The notes: generated by a model not told the origin, from the letters alone. Positions 18,593 to 29,929 are shown, counted from the first letter of the stretch. The stretch is 64,000 nucleotides of DNA from Spirochaetia bacterium (GCA_965225855.1 CBDDCK010000005.1:1440001-1504000); one strand, 5' to 3'. Made by a program: numbers and translations.

Positions 18593-21529
18593 TTACTCAA
18601 ATTCTGCCACTTGCCAATTATCCCTATTATAAGGGTCGCCCTGAATGGAAATTATCTTGCCGGCAGGGTATTTTGTTTTTTGCAGGGTATCATCATTGCC
18701 ATGTAACGTAATATGGTACTGCAATATTCGGTCTCTATCCGGTTCTTTGGTGTAATCAATACCAAAATTATTTTCTATATTAAATTGGCCAGTGGGGTCA
18801 ACACCCGTGCCAATTATGGCCGGAATATCGGCATTGGAAATCGGTATATCCGATACCTGAAACTCCCCAGTAGAATCAAAATCTTTGACCATCATCAAAG
18901 CATATAAGGCCCAATCATTCCAATCTTTTTCTGCTCCACCGTGATCGGAAGCCACAATAATTTTGGTTTGGTTGTATATGTTGTTATGCCGCAAGGCCTG
19001 AACTAATTCCACTACTTTTTGCATGGTATATTTTGCCGTCAATTTTTTAGCAGTATCCGAGTATTGGCTAAACCCTTTTCTTAGGTCTTGAGAAGTAATC
19101 CATTGACCATCTTTGTTGATATGGAATGGGTTATGCGTAAAACTTGTCCACAGATATTTAAAAGTGGGGCGGAGACTATCATAGCTCAAGTTGTTTGCCA
19201 TATTTTCAAACATTATATATTGTTTATAATGTCCATACCGATCATCAACTTTGTAATTCGGAATAAACTTACTCCATAGCCCACCGTTATATATTTTTCT
19301 CTTCAAAGCAATAGGGGAAAATTTAAACAAGGAAAGATTAAATAAAAATTGATAGTTTAAAAAAGGTTCGTAAAAATTATAAATATCTGGAAATACAAAT
19401 CTGCTAAATGATTGCTTTAAATACATTTTAAACAGATTCATATCTCCATGAGCAAGCGAACCCGATAGCTCATAGCCGTAAGTTCCAATAATATTATATA
19501 AGTTTGCCCAATTTTGATTAATCAATTCTTTAACTGTAATATCATCGGCATTTTGATTTATTTTAGAAATTCTATAATCTGGCCCCGCGAGCATTGCATT
19601 GATACTGTTCATCGTAGCACTTCCGCTAGAAACGGTATTTTTATACCAAACAAACCCATCTAAATTTTTCTCTATTTCTGGGTTTAGTATATCCTCTAAC
19701 ATATTGGCAGCAAACGCATCAAAAATCAAAACCAAAATATTCTTTTCTTTAGAAAAATTAAATACTTCATAATTGTCTGCAAAATAATTGGCTATCGTTT
19801 TATCTAGTGAATTTTGTTGTTCACTCGCTACAATCTCTTGCGGGGCAAAAGATTTTTTGATTTCGTCAATATTTTGTAGCCATACATTGGCCAGTAATAC
19901 CAAACCAATAGAACCAATAGTCAATGATATATGGCGGGAAAATTTCGCAACAAAACCCCCGAATCGAATGAACAACAAAAAAGCAACACACAATAAAATA
20001 AGCTCCAAAATCAATGTAGATTTTGGCAATTCAGTCAATGCTTTTTCATTGACAAAGCGCAACCCTCGAATAATGCCTAAATCTAGCTGGTAAATATAGC
20101 CATAAAAGAAATTCACCATGGTAATAAATACAATGGCAATCAAACAAAAATTTTTAATATGCTTTTTCATAGATGATGCGCCCAACCACCATTTACTGAT
20201 ATATCTGGATAGCAATATGGTTATGGAAATACAGCTTATAAAATACAATACAACAATATGAAATTCTATTTGGCCAAAATCCAAAGGTGCTTTGAAATAT
20301 ATGATTGCTGGGGTATATAAAAATATTTGTAGCAAAAATACCCCGATAATATAACAACCGCCTTTTATTTCAAATGAAAGCAAAGACTTTATAGTATCTC
20401 TGAATTGATAAAATAACCGGTAGGCAATACTGGGGGGTATTAATATATTTCTTATTAGCAATAAAGCCAATATTTGGCTGAATACTAAGCTAGGTATATC
20501 ATTGGTTAATGTAAATAAAGCCAAGCCAAATAGTTTATGCAAATGAAATGCTACTAAATTGAACAGCAAAATAATGGCTATAGATAATTGAAAAACTTTA
20601 ACCACTTGTATTTGGCCAAAGTTCTGTGTAAGTATTTTCTTTAATTGTGCACGATATTGGTATAAAATTATTACAATTAAAGCATCTAATACCAATAAAT
20701 TGAATTTCATTAGTTTATGGGCATAGAGTCGGTCTTCCATCAGGCCGTATAAAGCCAATAAAATACCAGACAAAACCACTGTTATCGGTAAACAAAATCT
20801 ATGGCTGACGACATTGGCACAAAACTTACCCCAGAATCTAAAACTAAAAATTTGCTTTTCTTTAGTAATGGCTGTAATAATCGCCCTACTCTGCCAATAA
20901 TTCTTTGCCAGTGAAAATAGATTATTACAAGTCCAATACAACAACAGTGCCGAGCTTTTATTATATAGTAACATCAAAAATAACATTGGCAAAAGCAATT
21001 GAGATACCATTGCAGAGCGGTCTACATTGTTTTTGGGGAGTAAATAGAAACCGGCCGATAGCAAATTTACCAAAGTCATGAATAGCGGTAAAAAGTTATA
21101 GCCTTTCAGTAAAGCATCTGGAGTGGCTAAATCTTTAATTATTAGGAAACTTTGGCCCGAAAAATCGCTAAAGCTGCCCAGCATAAAGTAGGCTGCTAAA
21201 AAAAATGGCAATTGAATCAACAGGCCAATTAAACTGCGTAAAGATTTTATCGGATTATAGCCGTATCTACGGTAGATTTCCTTAGTGCAATAAAATTTCT
21301 TTTGGGCATTGGCTAAACGGCTAATTGAATCCAAAGCCCAGCGCATGGCATTTTTTTCGTCTAAATCTTTTTGCTGTAATTTGTCGGCCCATAGTTGCAA
21401 TGGCAGTAATACAATGCTAACCAAAATGGCAAGGAAAATAATAGCTAGCCCATAATTTTGGGTTAGCGTATAAAATGTTTCTAAAACAAACTGGAATGAA
21501 TAGCTTAAAGGGAGAATGAGTAACTGCAT
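18593..21529 (-). CDS. YidC/Oxa1-like domain fused to a membrane region and an alkaline-phosphatase/sulfatase (LTA-synthase-like) domain
   Basis: N-terminal YGLAII...LLIQLPFF...DLATPD...LLLYWTCNN; C-terminal NILVLIFD, THNPF, IIVASDHG and SNADIP. Confidence 0.8.
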   Translation of the reverse strand: MQLLILPLSYSFQFVLETFYTLTQNYGLAIIFLAILVSIVLLPLQLWADKLQQKDLDEKNAMRWALDSISRLANAQKKFYCTKEIYRRYGYNPIKSLRSLIGLLIQLPFFLAAYFMLGSFSDFSGQSFLIIKDLATPDALLKGYNFLPLFMTLVNLLSAGFYLLPKNNVDRSAMVSQLLLPMLFLMLLYNKSSALLLYWTCNNLFSLAKNYWQSRAIITAITKEKQIFSFRFWGKFCANVVSHRFCLPITVVLSGILLALYGLMEDRLYAHKLMKFNLLVLDALIVIILYQYRAQLKKILTQNFGQIQVVKVFQLSIAIILLFNLVAFHLHKLFGLALFTLTNDIPSLVFSQILALLLIRNILIPPSIAYRLFYQFRDTIKSLLSFEIKGGCYIIGVFLLQIFLYTPAIIYFKAPLDFGQIEFHIVVLYFISCISITILLSRYISKWWLGASSMKKHIKNFCLIAIVFITMVNFFYGYIYQLDLGIIRGLRFVNEKALTELPKSTLILELILLCVAFLLFIRFGGFVAKFSRHISLTIGSIGLVLLANVWLQNIDEIKKSFAPQEIVASEQQNSLDKTIANYFADNYEVFNFSKEKNILVLIFDAFAANMLEDILNPEIEKNLDGFVWYKNTVSSGSATMNSINAMLAGPDYRISKINQNADDITVKELINQNWANLYNIIGTYGYELSGSLAHGDMNLFKMYLKQSFSRFVFPDIYNFYEPFLNYQFLFNLSLFKFSPIALKRKIYNGGLWSKFIPNYKVDDRYGHYKQYIMFENMANNLSYDSLRPTFKYLWTSFTHNPFHINKDGQWITSQDLRKGFSQYSDTAKKLTAKYTMQKVVELVQALRHNNIYNQTKIIVASDHGGAEKDWNDWALYALMMVKDFDSTGEFQVSDIPISNADIPAIIGTGVDPTGQFNIENNFGIDYTKEPDRDRILQYHITLHGNDDTLQKTKYPAGKIISIQGDPYNRDNWQVAEFE

Positions 21530-21727
21530 AGAATGAGAATAATATAAAAAGAAACCTTATCTTGTCAAACAGATTCCATATTTATAGTTTATTAAAATAT
21601 TTCTATGAGAATTTTTGATAATGTTTGCAAACCTGGATACAAGTTCATAAACTGAAATTTAGCTTCAAAAATATAAACTTTTTTTATGATATTTGTGTTT
21701 TTTATTACACAACCGCTACCGATCCCA

Positions 21728-22747
21728 CTATTCTGCTCCAATTGCCAAGAAATTATAGATAGACTCTAAAATGGGTACACCCTCTTTCTCGCTTTTCTGC
21801 AGACAGGACCATTCTGGTTCTCCAGGAATCATAACTTGCTTAGATTCCAGAGTAACTTCTACATTTTTAAGCCTGTCGATCATTTCTGAGATATGGCCTT
21901 CAAATTGACCTTCTGGCAAATAAATATCTGATTTCATTAGTAATATATGTAGAGATAAATTGCGAAATTGATCGATTTCCGTATACATTGGCACAACATC
22001 AGGACCAAAAGCCCCTCCCGTTAAAATGGCAGTAAAGGTTTCTACTAAAAAAGCTAAAGCATAGCCTTTATGCCCAGCCATAGGCAGTAAAGAAACCGCA
22101 CTATTGGGATTATTTGTTGGCATTCCCTGTGAGTCTACGGCCCATTCTGAAGGAATGGTATTTTCCTGTTTTTGAGCTATAATAATTTTGCCAAAGGCTC
22201 CTGCAGAAGTTGCCATATCTATAATCACAGGATTCTTTTTATTTGATGTAGGAAAGCAAAAACCAAGAGGGTTAGTACCAAAAAAAGGTTTTTTACCGCC
22301 AGTCGGCACTACAATTGCATCAGTATTAGCCATTACTATACCTATATAACCCTCTAAGGCAATAGCGCGCAAATAATAAGACAGCGCCCCACAATGGCTA
22401 GAATTTTGGACATTGATTGCGGCAATGCCAAATTGATTTGCAAGTTCTACGCTTTTACCAACGGCTTTTTCGGTAGCTACATGTCCCCAACCACCAGCAG
22501 CATCTAGCAACATTGCCCAAGGATATTTTGCCGGGGAAATAGTATAGTCCGAATATAAATTGAGCCCCCCTTGCTCCAATCTCTGTAAATAATGTGGCAA
22601 CCGAATAGTACCATGGGAACTAATTCCCGCAGCATCGGCATAGATGAGTACACGAGCTATAGTTTCGGCCTGGGCCCGCTCAACTCCATGCTCGAATAAC
22701 TTGGCAGTAATTCGTTCAAGTAAAATAGACTCTGATACGCGCTTCAT
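21728..22747 (-). CDS. Ldh_2 family oxidoreductase (malate/lactate/ureidoglycolate dehydrogenase-like)
   Basis: GISSHG, SSHCGALSYY, FGTNPLGF, DMATS, GHKGYAL, IPGEPE. Confidence 0.9.
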   Translation of the reverse strand: MKRVSESILLERITAKLFEHGVERAQAETIARVLIYADAAGISSHGTIRLPHYLQRLEQGGLNLYSDYTISPAKYPWAMLLDAAGGWGHVATEKAVGKSVELANQFGIAAINVQNSSHCGALSYYLRAIALEGYIGIVMANTDAIVVPTGGKKPFFGTNPLGFCFPTSNKKNPVIIDMATSAGAFGKIIIAQKQENTIPSEWAVDSQGMPTNNPNSAVSLLPMAGHKGYALAFLVETFTAILTGGAFGPDVVPMYTEIDQFRNLSLHILLMKSDIYLPEGQFEGHISEMIDRLKNVEVTLESKQVMIPGEPEWSCLQKSEKEGVPILESIYNFLAIGAE

Positions 22748-22787
22748 TTTTCAGCTGTATTCCTTAAAAAATAAATTTAGAAGAAGG

Positions 22788-23816
22788 CTATGAAGATGAA
22801 CCTAATTCAATGACAACTTTTCTAATACCTTCTGTTTGAGATTCAACCAATGCTATCGCTTGTGAAAATTCATCAATGGGAAATTTATGACTGATCAGTT
22901 TTTGGGGGTGAAGACGTCTTTGCTGTAGTAAATTCAGTACATTATTAAACTTTTGATTGTTGAGCCGAGAACCACAGATAGTTAATTCTTTTTTGACAAT
23001 ATTGAGCTCCGCTATGGGAATGGTTTCCGTTAAAAAACCTAATAGGCCAATGTTACCACCAAAACTAGCCGATTCCAAAATAGTTGGCAACAAAGACGGA
23101 GCACAAGCTGCATCAACAATAAAAGGAAAACCAGCACCACCGGTAATCTTCTCAACTTTAGTGCTTACATCTTCATGTTCGCTATTGATAATATTTTTAG
23201 CACCTATAGATTGAGCAAAATGTAATTTATGATCGACAATATCCACAACAGTTACTTTCGCATCTAAGGCTAATGCATAGTCCAGTAAAAACAACCCAAT
23301 AACCCCACCACTAAAGATTAGCAAAGGCTCTCCCGCGATAAAGCCAATCCGTGAAAGTACGTTAGCAGCAATGGAATAAGGCTCGACTGCCGATACCATC
23401 GAAAAATCTAATTCCTTGGGAAAATGCAAAGCATTCTTGGATTCTACCTCCACATACTCGCTAAGACCACCGTCCAAATGAACACCTAGAACTTTTAAGT
23501 TTAGACAAATATTATATCTCCCAGCCTGACACAATTGACACTCTCCACAGCTTACAGCCGGGTTAATGCATACACGATCACCTTCGCTAAATTCATTAAC
23601 CAAACGACCAACCTGAACAACAATACCTCCAAATTCATGCCCAATAATTCTAGGATAACTGGCAAAAGGATTTAAACCATGGATTATATGTAAATCAGAA
23701 CCACAAATACCAACTCTATTCGTTTGAATTAATAGGGAATGAGCACCGATTTTCTGCGGCTTAGGGACTTCTTTTATTACAAATTCGTTTTTAGCCAAAA
23801 CTTGTACTTGCTTCAT
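22788..23816 (-). CDS. Zinc-binding alcohol/sugar-acid dehydrogenase
   Basis: GICGSDLH, GHEFGG, CxxCxxC...C zinc cluster, GSRLN; likely start ATG 23816. Confidence 0.92.
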   Translation of the reverse strand: MKQVQVLAKNEFVIKEVPKPQKIGAHSLLIQTNRVGICGSDLHIIHGLNPFASYPRIIGHEFGGIVVQVGRLVNEFSEGDRVCINPAVSCGECQLCQAGRYNICLNLKVLGVHLDGGLSEYVEVESKNALHFPKELDFSMVSAVEPYSIAANVLSRIGFIAGEPLLIFSGGVIGLFLLDYALALDAKVTVVDIVDHKLHFAQSIGAKNIINSEHEDVSTKVEKITGGAGFPFIVDAACAPSLLPTILESASFGGNIGLLGFLTETIPIAELNIVKKELTICGSRLNNQKFNNVLNLLQQRRLHPQKLISHKFPIDEFSQAIALVESQTEGIRKVVIELGSSS

Positions 23817-23821
23817 AATTT

Positions 23822-25102
23822 TTATTCCTTGCCAATAAAACTCGGTAACCACAACGAAAGCTGCGGTATATAAGTTATCAAAAACAGAACCAAAATATTA
23901 CACAATAGAAAAGGCAGAATTGCTTTAGTAATTTGCCAAACCTTCAGCTGACCGATATTACAGGCGATAAATAAGCAAACACCAACCGGTGGAGTTGTAA
24001 GACCAATAACCAGATTAAGAACCACAATAATACCAAAATGAACAGGCTCAACCCCCAAGGGGACGACTACAGATAGTAAGGTCGGAAACAAAATAACTAA
24101 AGCAGCGATAGTTTCCATAAAAGTCCCCACAAACAGCAGTAGCAGATTAATGAAAAGCAACATGAGATATGGGTTGGTAGTTAAAGAAAGCATCCAAGCT
24201 GCAATAGCTTGGGGGATTTTTTCGCTCGTCAGCACCCAACCAAAAACGTTAGCCATACCAACTAAGCCCATTAACGCAGCGGTAGCTTTTATAGTATCGA
24301 GTAAAACTGGAGAAATATTCCGAATTTTTAAACCCTTATAAAAAAAGGCCGCAATAAAAAAAGCATAAATGCTAGCTACAATGGAAGCTTCGGTAGGAGT
24401 AAACAAACTACCTAAAATACCAAACAAAATTAATAATGTAAGTAGCAGAGCTGGAATAGCATAAAAGAATGATTGCTTTAGTTTTTTAAATCCTTGCCAG
24501 GGCTCTCTAGGGTGTTTCTTTACCACTGCGAGCATAGAAGCAGTAAGCATCATTGCCAACCCCAATAAGATTCCGGGCACTGCCCCTGCAACAAATAATT
24601 TACCAACGGAAACCCCGGTTAAGGTTCCTACAATAATCATGGGCAGACTAGGCGGAATGATAGGCCCTACAGTCGAAGAAGCCGCAGTAACGGCCGCAGC
24701 AAAGGGTTTATCGTAACCTTTCGCATACATTCCGGGAATCATTACCGCACCTATACTAGCGGTATCTGCAGCAGCAGTACCGGATATACCACCAAACAGC
24801 ATAGAACCAGCGATATTGGCCAACGATAGTCCCCCGCGAATGCGACCAAATAGCAAGCTGCTAAAATGAACAACAGCATGGGTTACATTACCTTGATTCA
24901 TAAGATTGCCAGCCAAAAGAAACCCAGGAATACATAGTAAAGTAAATTTATCGATTCCGGCATAAAAATTCTGTGCCAGGGCTGCCAATGGTATTCCTTC
25001 CAATACTGCATAAAACAGACTCGCAATACCTAGAGCAAAAGCAATAGGTATACCAGCAAACAAAGCAATAAAAAAGATACCAAAAAGCAGGGCTATTCCC
25101 AT
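23822..25102 (-). CDS. dctM: TRAP transporter large permease
   Basis: FGGISGTAAAD, GPIIPPS, IGLTTPPVG. Confidence 0.95.
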   Translation of the reverse strand: MGIALLFGIFFIALFAGIPIAFALGIASLFYAVLEGIPLAALAQNFYAGIDKFTLLCIPGFLLAGNLMNQGNVTHAVVHFSSLLFGRIRGGLSLANIAGSMLFGGISGTAAADTASIGAVMIPGMYAKGYDKPFAAAVTAASSTVGPIIPPSLPMIIVGTLTGVSVGKLFVAGAVPGILLGLAMMLTASMLAVVKKHPREPWQGFKKLKQSFFYAIPALLLTLLILFGILGSLFTPTEASIVASIYAFFIAAFFYKGLKIRNISPVLLDTIKATAALMGLVGMANVFGWVLTSEKIPQAIAAWMLSLTTNPYLMLLFINLLLLFVGTFMETIAALVILFPTLLSVVVPLGVEPVHFGIIVVLNLVIGLTTPPVGVCLFIACNIGQLKVWQITKAILPFLLCNILVLFLITYIPQLSLWLPSFIGKE

Positions 25103-25137
25103 AAATTTCTCGCAGTTCTTAACTTATGTGGCTTACA

Positions 25138-25641
25138 TCAACTGTTTGTTTTCCGGCTTGTGGATACAATAGAAGTAATAATTTCCAAACTACAAAATAA
25201 AGACATGGCCAAAACAAAAGCAAAAATAATACCAAAAGGTATCCTCAATGAAGGGGAAGTGCTACGAAAGCCAATCATTACAAAGTAATATGCCCCAATA
25301 CCGAATAAAATAAAGAAGAAAAGAAGAATACACCGTAATATCAAAAAATAATAAGAGAATTTTTTTGATGTATGTTTGTTATTGCTTTTACTCAGGGCTT
25401 CAGAAACAAATTCTACCCGAACAAAGCCATCTTCTGCCATAACCAGAACCATGCCCAAATTAACCATAGCTATAAATAAAAAACGCGACATCTCTTCAGT
25501 CCATGGTAATAAAGGGACCCAATAAAATAGGGTAAATTGAGACAGATAGCGAGTAACGACCTGTAACAATACCACTAGAATCAAAGCATATAGCTGCGCA
25601 ATACAAATATTTTGCCACAACTTACGCAGCCTCACCATCAT
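25138..25641 (-). CDS. dctQ: TRAP transporter small permease
   Basis: QVVTRY...PWTEEMSRFLF; four TM segments; located between dctP and dctM. Confidence 0.88.
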   Translation of the reverse strand: MMVRLRKLWQNICIAQLYALILVVLLQVVTRYLSQFTLFYWVPLLPWTEEMSRFLFIAMVNLGMVLVMAEDGFVRVEFVSEALSKSNNKHTSKKFSYYFLILRCILLFFFILFGIGAYYFVMIGFRSTSPSLRIPFGIIFAFVLAMSLFCSLEIITSIVSTSRKTNS

Positions 25642-25645
25642 AATA

Positions 25646-26641
25646 CTAGCGCATATTCCTTATTGTCTCAAATAAGGCTTTCTGTTCGGGAGTAAGACTT
25701 GCTGTAATAGCAGGCCCTGCCAAATCCTGAAATGCTTTTTGATCTACCGAAATAAATTCCATACCCTTGGTCTGTAGCTCTGCTTTTAAAGAATTGACTG
25801 ATTTGTCAAAAAGTGGACGATAAAAATCTTGAGCCTCTTTTCCAGCCTCGATAATAGCTTGCTGATATTCAGGAGACAAACTCTTGTACTGTTTTTCACC
25901 AAGCCATAAGGACATCCAACCACGAACATGTTCCGTCTCGTTGACATATTTTTGCACTTCGTAAAAAGAAGCACTTTTAATCAAATCAAGTGGATTTTCC
26001 TGGGCCTCAATAGTTCCCTGTTGTAACGAAGTAAAAACTTCACTAAAAGCCATTGTAGTAGGCTTAGCACCCATGGCCTTCCAAGCCGTTACAAACAGGG
26101 GAACATTAGGAACTCTCATTACAAGATTGTTTAAATCCTGTGGCGAGCGAATAGGTCGATTGCTCGTTAAATTGCGAGGCGCCCTTTCAAACCAAGCAAT
26201 ATGGACTAAGCCAACTTTCTCCCGTACTTGGCTCATAATCGCCTCGCCAACTTTGCCTTCCACAATGGCCTTCATGTCCTGTGATGAAGAAATAGCGTAA
26301 GGCGTGGCAATCAAAGCGGCCAACGGAGCCCAATTTTGTAAAGATTCTCCAGACAAAACCATATCTGCCGACCCTAAGCCAATGGCATTAATATTATCCA
26401 ATTCATTACCCAGCTCTTCATTGGGATAAATAGTGATCTGAACTTTTCCTTGTGTCTTTTGTTGCACACGCTCTGCAAAGTACACCAATGATTTGTGCCA
26501 ATCATGCTCAGTATTGGCTAAATGCCCGAGTTTCAATTCAACCGGCTTTTCAGTTCCGGAACTACTTCCTCTTGCAAATAAACTTACTACGCTAAAAAAC
26601 AGCAAAGTTATGCTCAAGACTATATTAAAGATTTTTTTCAT
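25646..26641 (-). CDS. dctP: TRAP transporter substrate-binding protein
   Basis: IYPNEELG, MRVP, AFSEVFTSLQQGTIEAQENP. Confidence 0.95.
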   Translation of the reverse strand: MKKIFNIVLSITLLFFSVVSLFARGSSSGTEKPVELKLGHLANTEHDWHKSLVYFAERVQQKTQGKVQITIYPNEELGNELDNINAIGLGSADMVLSGESLQNWAPLAALIATPYAISSSQDMKAIVEGKVGEAIMSQVREKVGLVHIAWFERAPRNLTSNRPIRSPQDLNNLVMRVPNVPLFVTAWKAMGAKPTTMAFSEVFTSLQQGTIEAQENPLDLIKSASFYEVQKYVNETEHVRGWMSLWLGEKQYKSLSPEYQQAIIEAGKEAQDFYRPLFDKSVNSLKAELQTKGMEFISVDQKAFQDLAGPAITASLTPEQKALFETIRNMR

Positions 26642-26738
26642 TTTAGATTCCTCCTAAAATTTTGTTATTGTGAGTAGTATAATATATTGACTAGAGCTAA
26701 GTTGAAATTTTTATCATTTTTTACTAATTTAATTCTGA

Positions 26739-27851
26739 CTAATCCAAACGAACAGAAGTCCCTTCACTAAATCCAGAAAGTCTCACAGCCTTTTGTTCTG
26801 CCTCAATCGCCAAGCGACTCACTTCAAAAACATGCTCTTGCGGTAAAGCTTTATCTGTACCTTCCATACAATCTTTTATCAATTGACCAAAATAGGGAAA
26901 ACCAACTTTATGCCGACAATCGATTACTTTCTGTACTTGATTATTAACCAGATATAAAGAATCCGGATTTTGGCTGATACCAACATTGATATATTTGCGT
27001 GCTTCAATATAACCTTCCGTACCCAATATAAACAATCGGCCATCTCCCCAAGTTCTCAAAGCCTCTGGGGTAAACCAATCAAGACGACAATAACCAACAG
27101 AGCCGCTATTCAATTGCAAAGTAAAATCACCAAAATCTTCTAATTCAGGATGCTGCGGATTTGCAAAATTACCGACCTGACTGTAGACAACTTGACCTTT
27201 ATCCGATCCGGTATAAAAAAGCATTTGATCAATTTGATGAGAGCCAATATCACAAAGAATCCCGCCATACTGCTTTTTATTAAAAAACCATGCGGGGCGA
27301 GTTTTTACAGCTAAACGATGAGGCGCAATATTCACGACCTGAATTATCCGACCAATTGCCCCTTGCTGCAACAAATATCCGGCATAAATGGCACTTTCCA
27401 CCTGCAATCGTTCACTAAAACAAATCGACCATTTATATCCTGTTTCTAATGTCAATTTGCGGGCTACATCTAACTGCTTTAACTCGGTAAATCCGGTTTT
27501 GTCGCTCATATAGTGTTTACCATGACGCAAGGCTTGCTCTCCTATTTGCCAGCGTTCATTGGCAATAATAGAAGATAATATCATTTTAGTTTTACTACAT
27601 CCATAGATTTTCTGGGCACAATCAGCAACCTTCACTGTCGGAAAAGCCTTTTGAAATTCTATAATCTTTTCTGGATTCCGGTCCCACACCCAAAGCAAAT
27701 TGGCCCCAGCTTCTAGCATATTACCCACTATGCCATAAATATGGCCGTGATCTAAACCTATTACAGAAATAGGAAAATCCCCTTCTGCGCAAACTTTACC
27801 CAAAACTTTGCAAACAGGAGCAAAATCGCCGCCATCTTGGTTATTTACCAT
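26739..27851 (-). CDS. Gfo/Idh/MocA family oxidoreductase
   Basis: GLDHGHIYG, GKHYMSDK, GGILCDIGSHQID; likely start ATG 27851 after AGGAG. Confidence 0.9.
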   Translation of the reverse strand: MVNNQDGGDFAPVCKVLGKVCAEGDFPISVIGLDHGHIYGIVGNMLEAGANLLWVWDRNPEKIIEFQKAFPTVKVADCAQKIYGCSKTKMILSSIIANERWQIGEQALRHGKHYMSDKTGFTELKQLDVARKLTLETGYKWSICFSERLQVESAIYAGYLLQQGAIGRIIQVVNIAPHRLAVKTRPAWFFNKKQYGGILCDIGSHQIDQMLFYTGSDKGQVVYSQVGNFANPQHPELEDFGDFTLQLNSGSVGYCRLDWFTPEALRTWGDGRLFILGTEGYIEARKYINVGISQNPDSLYLVNNQVQKVIDCRHKVGFPYFGQLIKDCMEGTDKALPQEHVFEVSRLAIEAEQKAVRLSGFSEGTSVRLD

Positions 27852-29031
27852 TATTCTCTCCTTTAAAAGATGATTGTGATTCTCTGCTGCCACCAACAAC
27901 AATGCTACCCTCTAGCGATTCCACGCTACTTGTTTTTTCATAAAAGCGAGGGGCATTATCCAAAATCCCCTGATATGTATACCAAGGATTCTGTTTATCT
28001 AACACATATGGTACGGGTTTTCTATCTACCGATATTTGGTAAGTCGCAGTAATAAATTCTATGGTTTGTTTACCTTCAAGCCCTGTTACCAAGATTGGTT
28101 CTTTACCTAAAATACCATTGAGAAAGTTCGCAATAATACCTGTATGGTGCTCCCATTTTAGCTTTGCAGCGCACTTCTTCAATGCCAAAACTTTACTCTC
28201 TAAATCTTGATCCTGTCCATAGGGAAAACCATTTGGCTGCCCAAGGGAACAGTATAAATCCCAAGGTACTGCTACTTTCCCCCTTTCACATTGGAAATAT
28301 AATTGTTGATCTTCCCCATGGCAGATAATCGAACCGGTAAGCTGAGCAATAGTATTGTTTTCAAATTGAATCAAGGCACTTACAAAGTCTTCCACTTCGG
28401 CATTATCATGTACTTGATTTGTACAAATGGCTTGTATCGTCTGAGGTCTTCCGAGAAACCATAACATCAAGTCCACATGATGCACCGCATGATTGAGCAG
28501 ACAACCACCGCCTTCCTTTTGCCATAAACCGCGCCACCAGAGATCATAATAACTATGTGCTCTCCACCAGAAAGAATCTATCCGTGCAAACAAAATTTTG
28601 CCGAGAATTTTGGTTTCTAAAACATGTTTTACTTCTTGAATATCATTGCGAAAACGATTCTGATGGCATATTCCTAAAAATCTACCACTTTCCTTTTGCG
28701 CAACAATCATTTCTTCACAGTCAGCAACACTAGGAGCCATAGGCTTTTCACAGAATACATGCACCCCGGCTTTCAGTGCAGCAATACAAATCTCTTTATG
28801 TGTAAATGGCGGGGTACAAACAGATACAACATCCAGGGAAATTTTTTCTAATAACTCTTGATACTGCAAATAAGCCGGTACAGATAATTGATTACAAGAT
28901 TGGAATTTATCTAATGCATCTTGGCGGCTATCACACACAGCAACAATTTGCGCAATATCTCTAAGCTCTTGATAAGCTTTCAAGTGACTTAAAGCAATAT
29001 TACCCATACCAATAATCGCAACTCTAAGCAT
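27841..29031 (-). CDS. Gfo/Idh/MocA family oxidoreductase
   Basis: IIGMGNIA, HVFCEKPMA, GGGCLLNHAVHHVD. Confidence 0.93.
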   Translation of the reverse strand: MLRVAIIGMGNIALSHLKAYQELRDIAQIVAVCDSRQDALDKFQSCNQLSVPAYLQYQELLEKISLDVVSVCTPPFTHKEICIAALKAGVHVFCEKPMAPSVADCEEMIVAQKESGRFLGICHQNRFRNDIQEVKHVLETKILGKILFARIDSFWWRAHSYYDLWWRGLWQKEGGGCLLNHAVHHVDLMLWFLGRPQTIQAICTNQVHDNAEVEDFVSALIQFENNTIAQLTGSIICHGEDQQLYFQCERGKVAVPWDLYCSLGQPNGFPYGQDQDLESKVLALKKCAAKLKWEHHTGIIANFLNGILGKEPILVTGLEGKQTIEFITATYQISVDRKPVPYVLDKQNPWYTYQGILDNAPRFYEKTSSVESLEGSIVVGGSRESQSSFKGENNGK

Positions 29032-29062
29032 ACTACTCTCCTTAATTACTAAAAAATAAAAA

Positions 29063-29929
29063 CTAGCCTTTAATACCAGAAAATGTTATGCCGGTAACAA
29101 AATATTTCTGAAAAGAAAGAAACACAATAATAATCGGTAAAATAGCGACTATAGTTCCGGCCATAGCTAATTGCAGGCCATCTCCGCCTTGCCCCCCTTG
29201 CAGTAAAGCCAGCCCCATTGTTAGCGTTCGCTTGTCATCAGAATTAATAAAAACTAAAGGCCGAATATAATCATTCCAAATAGTTACAGTAGAAATTATT
29301 ACTAAGCTGGCTATCGCAGGCTTAATTTGCGGTAAAACCACTTTTACAAACCTGGTATAATAGCTCGCTCCGTCAATAATAGCCGACTCTTCTAATTCAT
29401 TGGGAATAGCTTTTAAGAATTGCCTTAACAGGAAGACTCCATAAACGTCAAAAATAACCGGGTATATTAGGGATTGCAAGTTATCCAATAACCCAATACC
29501 GCGCATGAGTAGAAACATGGGTATAAGTCGCGTCTGTATTGGAACCATAAGGGTAGCTAAATACACCCAAAAAAGAATTTCTCTGCCGCGGAATCGCAAT
29601 TTTGCAAATGCATAAGCCGCCATACAGGAACTAATTAAAGTTCCGATTAAGGCCGTAGTGGTAACAAATAATGAGTTGATAATATACATCGCAAAATTAA
29701 ACGCCGGTAGGAAAAAAAGATCCGAATAATTTTGGAAACGCCAACTAATTTTCAAGCTCAGTGGCCGAAAGGCTTCCTCATAAGTTTTTAACGAAGTTAA
29801 AATCGTCCATAAAAATGGTATTATCATGATTAGTAGGACAATAAACAGCACAATATAAATGATACCTAAATGAAAAAGCTTTGCCGATTTTCTTTCTATT
29901 GGCTTTTTAGTTTCAATCATAGAGTACAA
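29063..29929 (-). CDS. Carbohydrate ABC permease
   Basis: LEESAIIDGAS, WNDYIRPL. Confidence 0.92.
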   Translation of the reverse strand: MYSMIETKKPIERKSAKLFHLGIIYIVLFIVLLIMIIPFLWTILTSLKTYEEAFRPLSLKISWRFQNYSDLFFLPAFNFAMYIINSLFVTTTALIGTLISSCMAAYAFAKLRFRGREILFWVYLATLMVPIQTRLIPMFLLMRGIGLLDNLQSLIYPVIFDVYGVFLLRQFLKAIPNELEESAIIDGASYYTRFVKVVLPQIKPAIASLVIISTVTIWNDYIRPLVFINSDDKRTLTMGLALLQGGQGGDGLQLAMAGTIVAILPIIIVFLSFQKYFVTGITFSGIKG

